DNA of 64,000 bases, from IMG/VR virus record IMGVR_UViG_3300044971_004534; one strand, given 5' to 3'. The notes below the pieces were generated by a model. That model searched no databases. It was given only the letters and a program-made list of their open reading frames with translations, and was not told the DNA's origin. Below, piece after piece: positions 63,901-64,000 of this stretch (within the stretch, counting starts at the first letter, position 1; every line of letters begins with the position of its first letter). Position numbers and translations under genes: made by a program. The stretch comes from a virus.

Positions 63901-64000
63901 TTTTTACGTTTACTCGACCTAGCTCAGTCCAAAAACTGTATGTTGCTACTTCTTCTCCTATTAAAATATATGAACGCGCTACCTCTGGAGATTTTTTAGA
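57987..64000 (+). CDS. Giant tail fibre/adhesin-like protein, 3'-partial (>2004 aa; open to the window end, absent from the supplied ORF track)
   Basis: The ATG at 57987 lies 2 nt after the upstream stop (57983-57985). I translated the frame by eye to nt 64000, checking 61680-64000 codon by codon, and found no stop. It has FN3/Ig-like modules near the N-terminus and a LamG-like segment (~59200-59600: ...YILSVKNNDINLFVDGNLIAKY...). A regularly spaced propeller-blade motif lies at ~60960-61700, and an Ig-like motif (VILDRTPPNGRVKF...YDAVSGIASMVISN) at ~63620-63770. Confidence 0.8.
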   Translation, partial: MIESINVKINGKEFLGNPLKVLPKGFIVSWQFGPSQVSQTNFEIRIGADAFGLGTDLFVGSIFEYSGINKTRQDYAFFPSAILSRSSELYGQLRIVDQFGNNSFWKTFSVYVNDVPHLIDSYFLPGYGIESGISLGVVKPSDDVLVKTRWFQNGKLQSYLDDSYSVPSRNIEYGDVWSAQVIPYNELESGLTFDVSPVSILPPIISVSNISIIPSNPNPDDIFEVSYSLYKNNLLENIGDESIVRWYVNDIEVSGNVNSKFARLNVKPKDHVYARIDSNWSGFAGTSLVSNPVIVGEYNLQLSNCVINGVSDKNFVSYDAVNILWNVADNIKEKISQYNIKLGHSEGGSNLLNTHVGPNVFSFFIPPSALKKGMDYYVSVGPVDVNGNAGKYETVYFKTFGNTWGDNVSADNGYTIFIKLKCEIASGESSPEDVLSLNVSDGLQSYVVDFHKSFVRINIDTNTKVKADVDNSIFREYILSVKNNDINLFVDGNLIAKYSQQTQRSGEKYLNLIPRGGKGDLKSTISSIRISVSNPYHLDSTGISELTSFSEVIDLPNIVINDVESTPGGVLLAAKNISDEYSRIYKYDSSKNNFKFDVESLSSSVFTVSHVDVSPGYEAFTVSSNKGVSLFKGDPVAGWDSSVEFRSLNDLYNNKWSVISSSGDSGISINSDGLLISNSFATVGRTSTIKRSNELQYPAVAVKSLFLSNFSFSVSNNIMSILNNGDTSLLQHSIDITQFTSIGNLFAYIKDLFATADNGSYIKDFFSFYILNGANDLSTSLLSDYNSASQQIEYIFYVDNVADSIDPYADASQTSFSGGRAFISHDSPGSPWFDSANSESGYSIELDCKVDSLEDSLRPVSFSDKNFLGMYINDGEYEQEISLSSSAIRIPKIGKNIPINLSEFTKLRFNSLDGKVNLWKKSSADRDYVLLDSFILNSVSNISRNVIQHKVFNSDSKTYIMWVEEDGDYSVIRYSESEDNGKWSTPYSVPIYRSSIKSFDFVVDNAGVIYVSYETYAYDHSDIIVLAKNQVGWSTQFNISNDRGSSVQPVMALDENGGVHIIWSDSRAGTYEIMHAYFDVFTRTWIGSGQDARIISSSGYAAYNPAVSSRMNSLYVTWTELSPNGNSQIKIAKYNIALQSWMSENNLEIGKLVSDPGISKSDFSDIVADKDGNIHIVYHDIVNDKYKIFYRQCSQDLNFYNLPTPIVAVDEESDSFEPNLSIVDASGDLIVNWKKSNEYAPSNVRSGTFDFTDPYAPALLLPPRSTTSATNGYYFARWSRVYRSWLSSGSSIVNDSGAVEGGYDSRLDIGKLGGDSSVTAPKRIVSNNNISVLLYDDFSDANTRVYVYELDSMLSSSILSFNNEDPYDYSLIAISDAGSKKSLLIGDASNYVSAGIYIKSINYSISGVRRPFSYRKIGYLTHVMPYDPIIKSFVSDDGDTWMIGQNGLYYYDYLGDQVLNSWDSTLWDNNNLNSIIGNNSYSIHDAFIDPLGNMFVFVLIGSDKKLLVSNDHFRWFEVSITDFTFDVDKNIKIAFNNFGGMVVSKIGKTCLVKNYILEIRNQIPNKTTSSGQDGNTQRPKLQLVCGASSSSPSLSNISNINDIALDDSENILISTNLGLFFGKISNITYYGIEDGLPGSVIKSVHVKDAYTRICTFENKISYMNGSVFEEIPLISNYPISTYLGISSSNQTSQRFDSGKLINSKEYGNYILVSGQNGLVIILNSDPVLMRKLPVSVFFGSELLDVISPGDARSIVNKELKFNLPENILNDANVNKFVVEVFINGNKVNRGYEFSAKEQVINFLTSLLPNDKVTFNLRSDIILENDFSQNGAEKSAFGIETRNVKSILFNNNQSYAVVQGTSDYIAVSDSSISLPYDEVILDRTPPNGRVKFIAQTGPDSIYVGIDPPNSDTPYDAVSGIASMVISNYDNFTSDGVTPIDPIPFRPTIGHNLISALSNNAEIFETDTDYFSKLFTFTRPSSVQKLYVATSSPIKIYERATSGDFL

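Overview
This 64-kb window reads as the late/structural arm of a large tailed dsDNA phage or prophage with low overall GC. All genes but one (6188-7435, minus strand) are on the + strand. Non-coding DNA is minimal (largest gap 87 nt) and many junctions are stop/start overlaps (TAATG, ATGA, TTGA), so these look like long translationally coupled operons. Gene order: (1) A 5'-partial scaffold-like protein, a decoration-like protein, an HK97/encapsulin-like major capsid protein and a textbook rho-independent terminator (1-4595); this block is conspicuously GC-richer than the rest. (2) A ~14-kb block of non-canonical genes: a class II CCA-adding tRNA nucleotidyltransferase with HD domain, a LamG lectin-fold protein, a GT4 glycosyltransferase, an S8 subtilisin-like protease, a PhoH-like ATPase, an 863-aa unknown, a zinc-ribbon miniprotein and an MreB/actin-fold protein. 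(3) Neck/connector-like genes, a major tail protein, a tail assembly chaperone pair with a canonical G_GGA_AAA -1 frameshift site, and an 865-aa tape measure protein. (4) More than 37 kb of back-to-back giant ORFs (1558, 1302, 1221, 3288, 501, 1708, 356 and >2004 aa), interrupted only by a 71-aa ORF and a second GT4 glycosyltransferase (383 aa). The last giant ORF is open to the window end and is missing from the supplied ORF track. These ORFs carry RCC1-like, NHL-like, LamG, FN3/Ig-like and dockerin-like modules plus a recurrent propeller-blade motif. No sheath gene was recognised, so a siphovirus-like architecture is my best guess. I recognised no rRNA, tRNA, CRISPR, transposase, integrase, terminase, portal, lysis or replication genes here. 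All functional calls rest on by-eye motif recognition and synteny; nothing was checked against a database.
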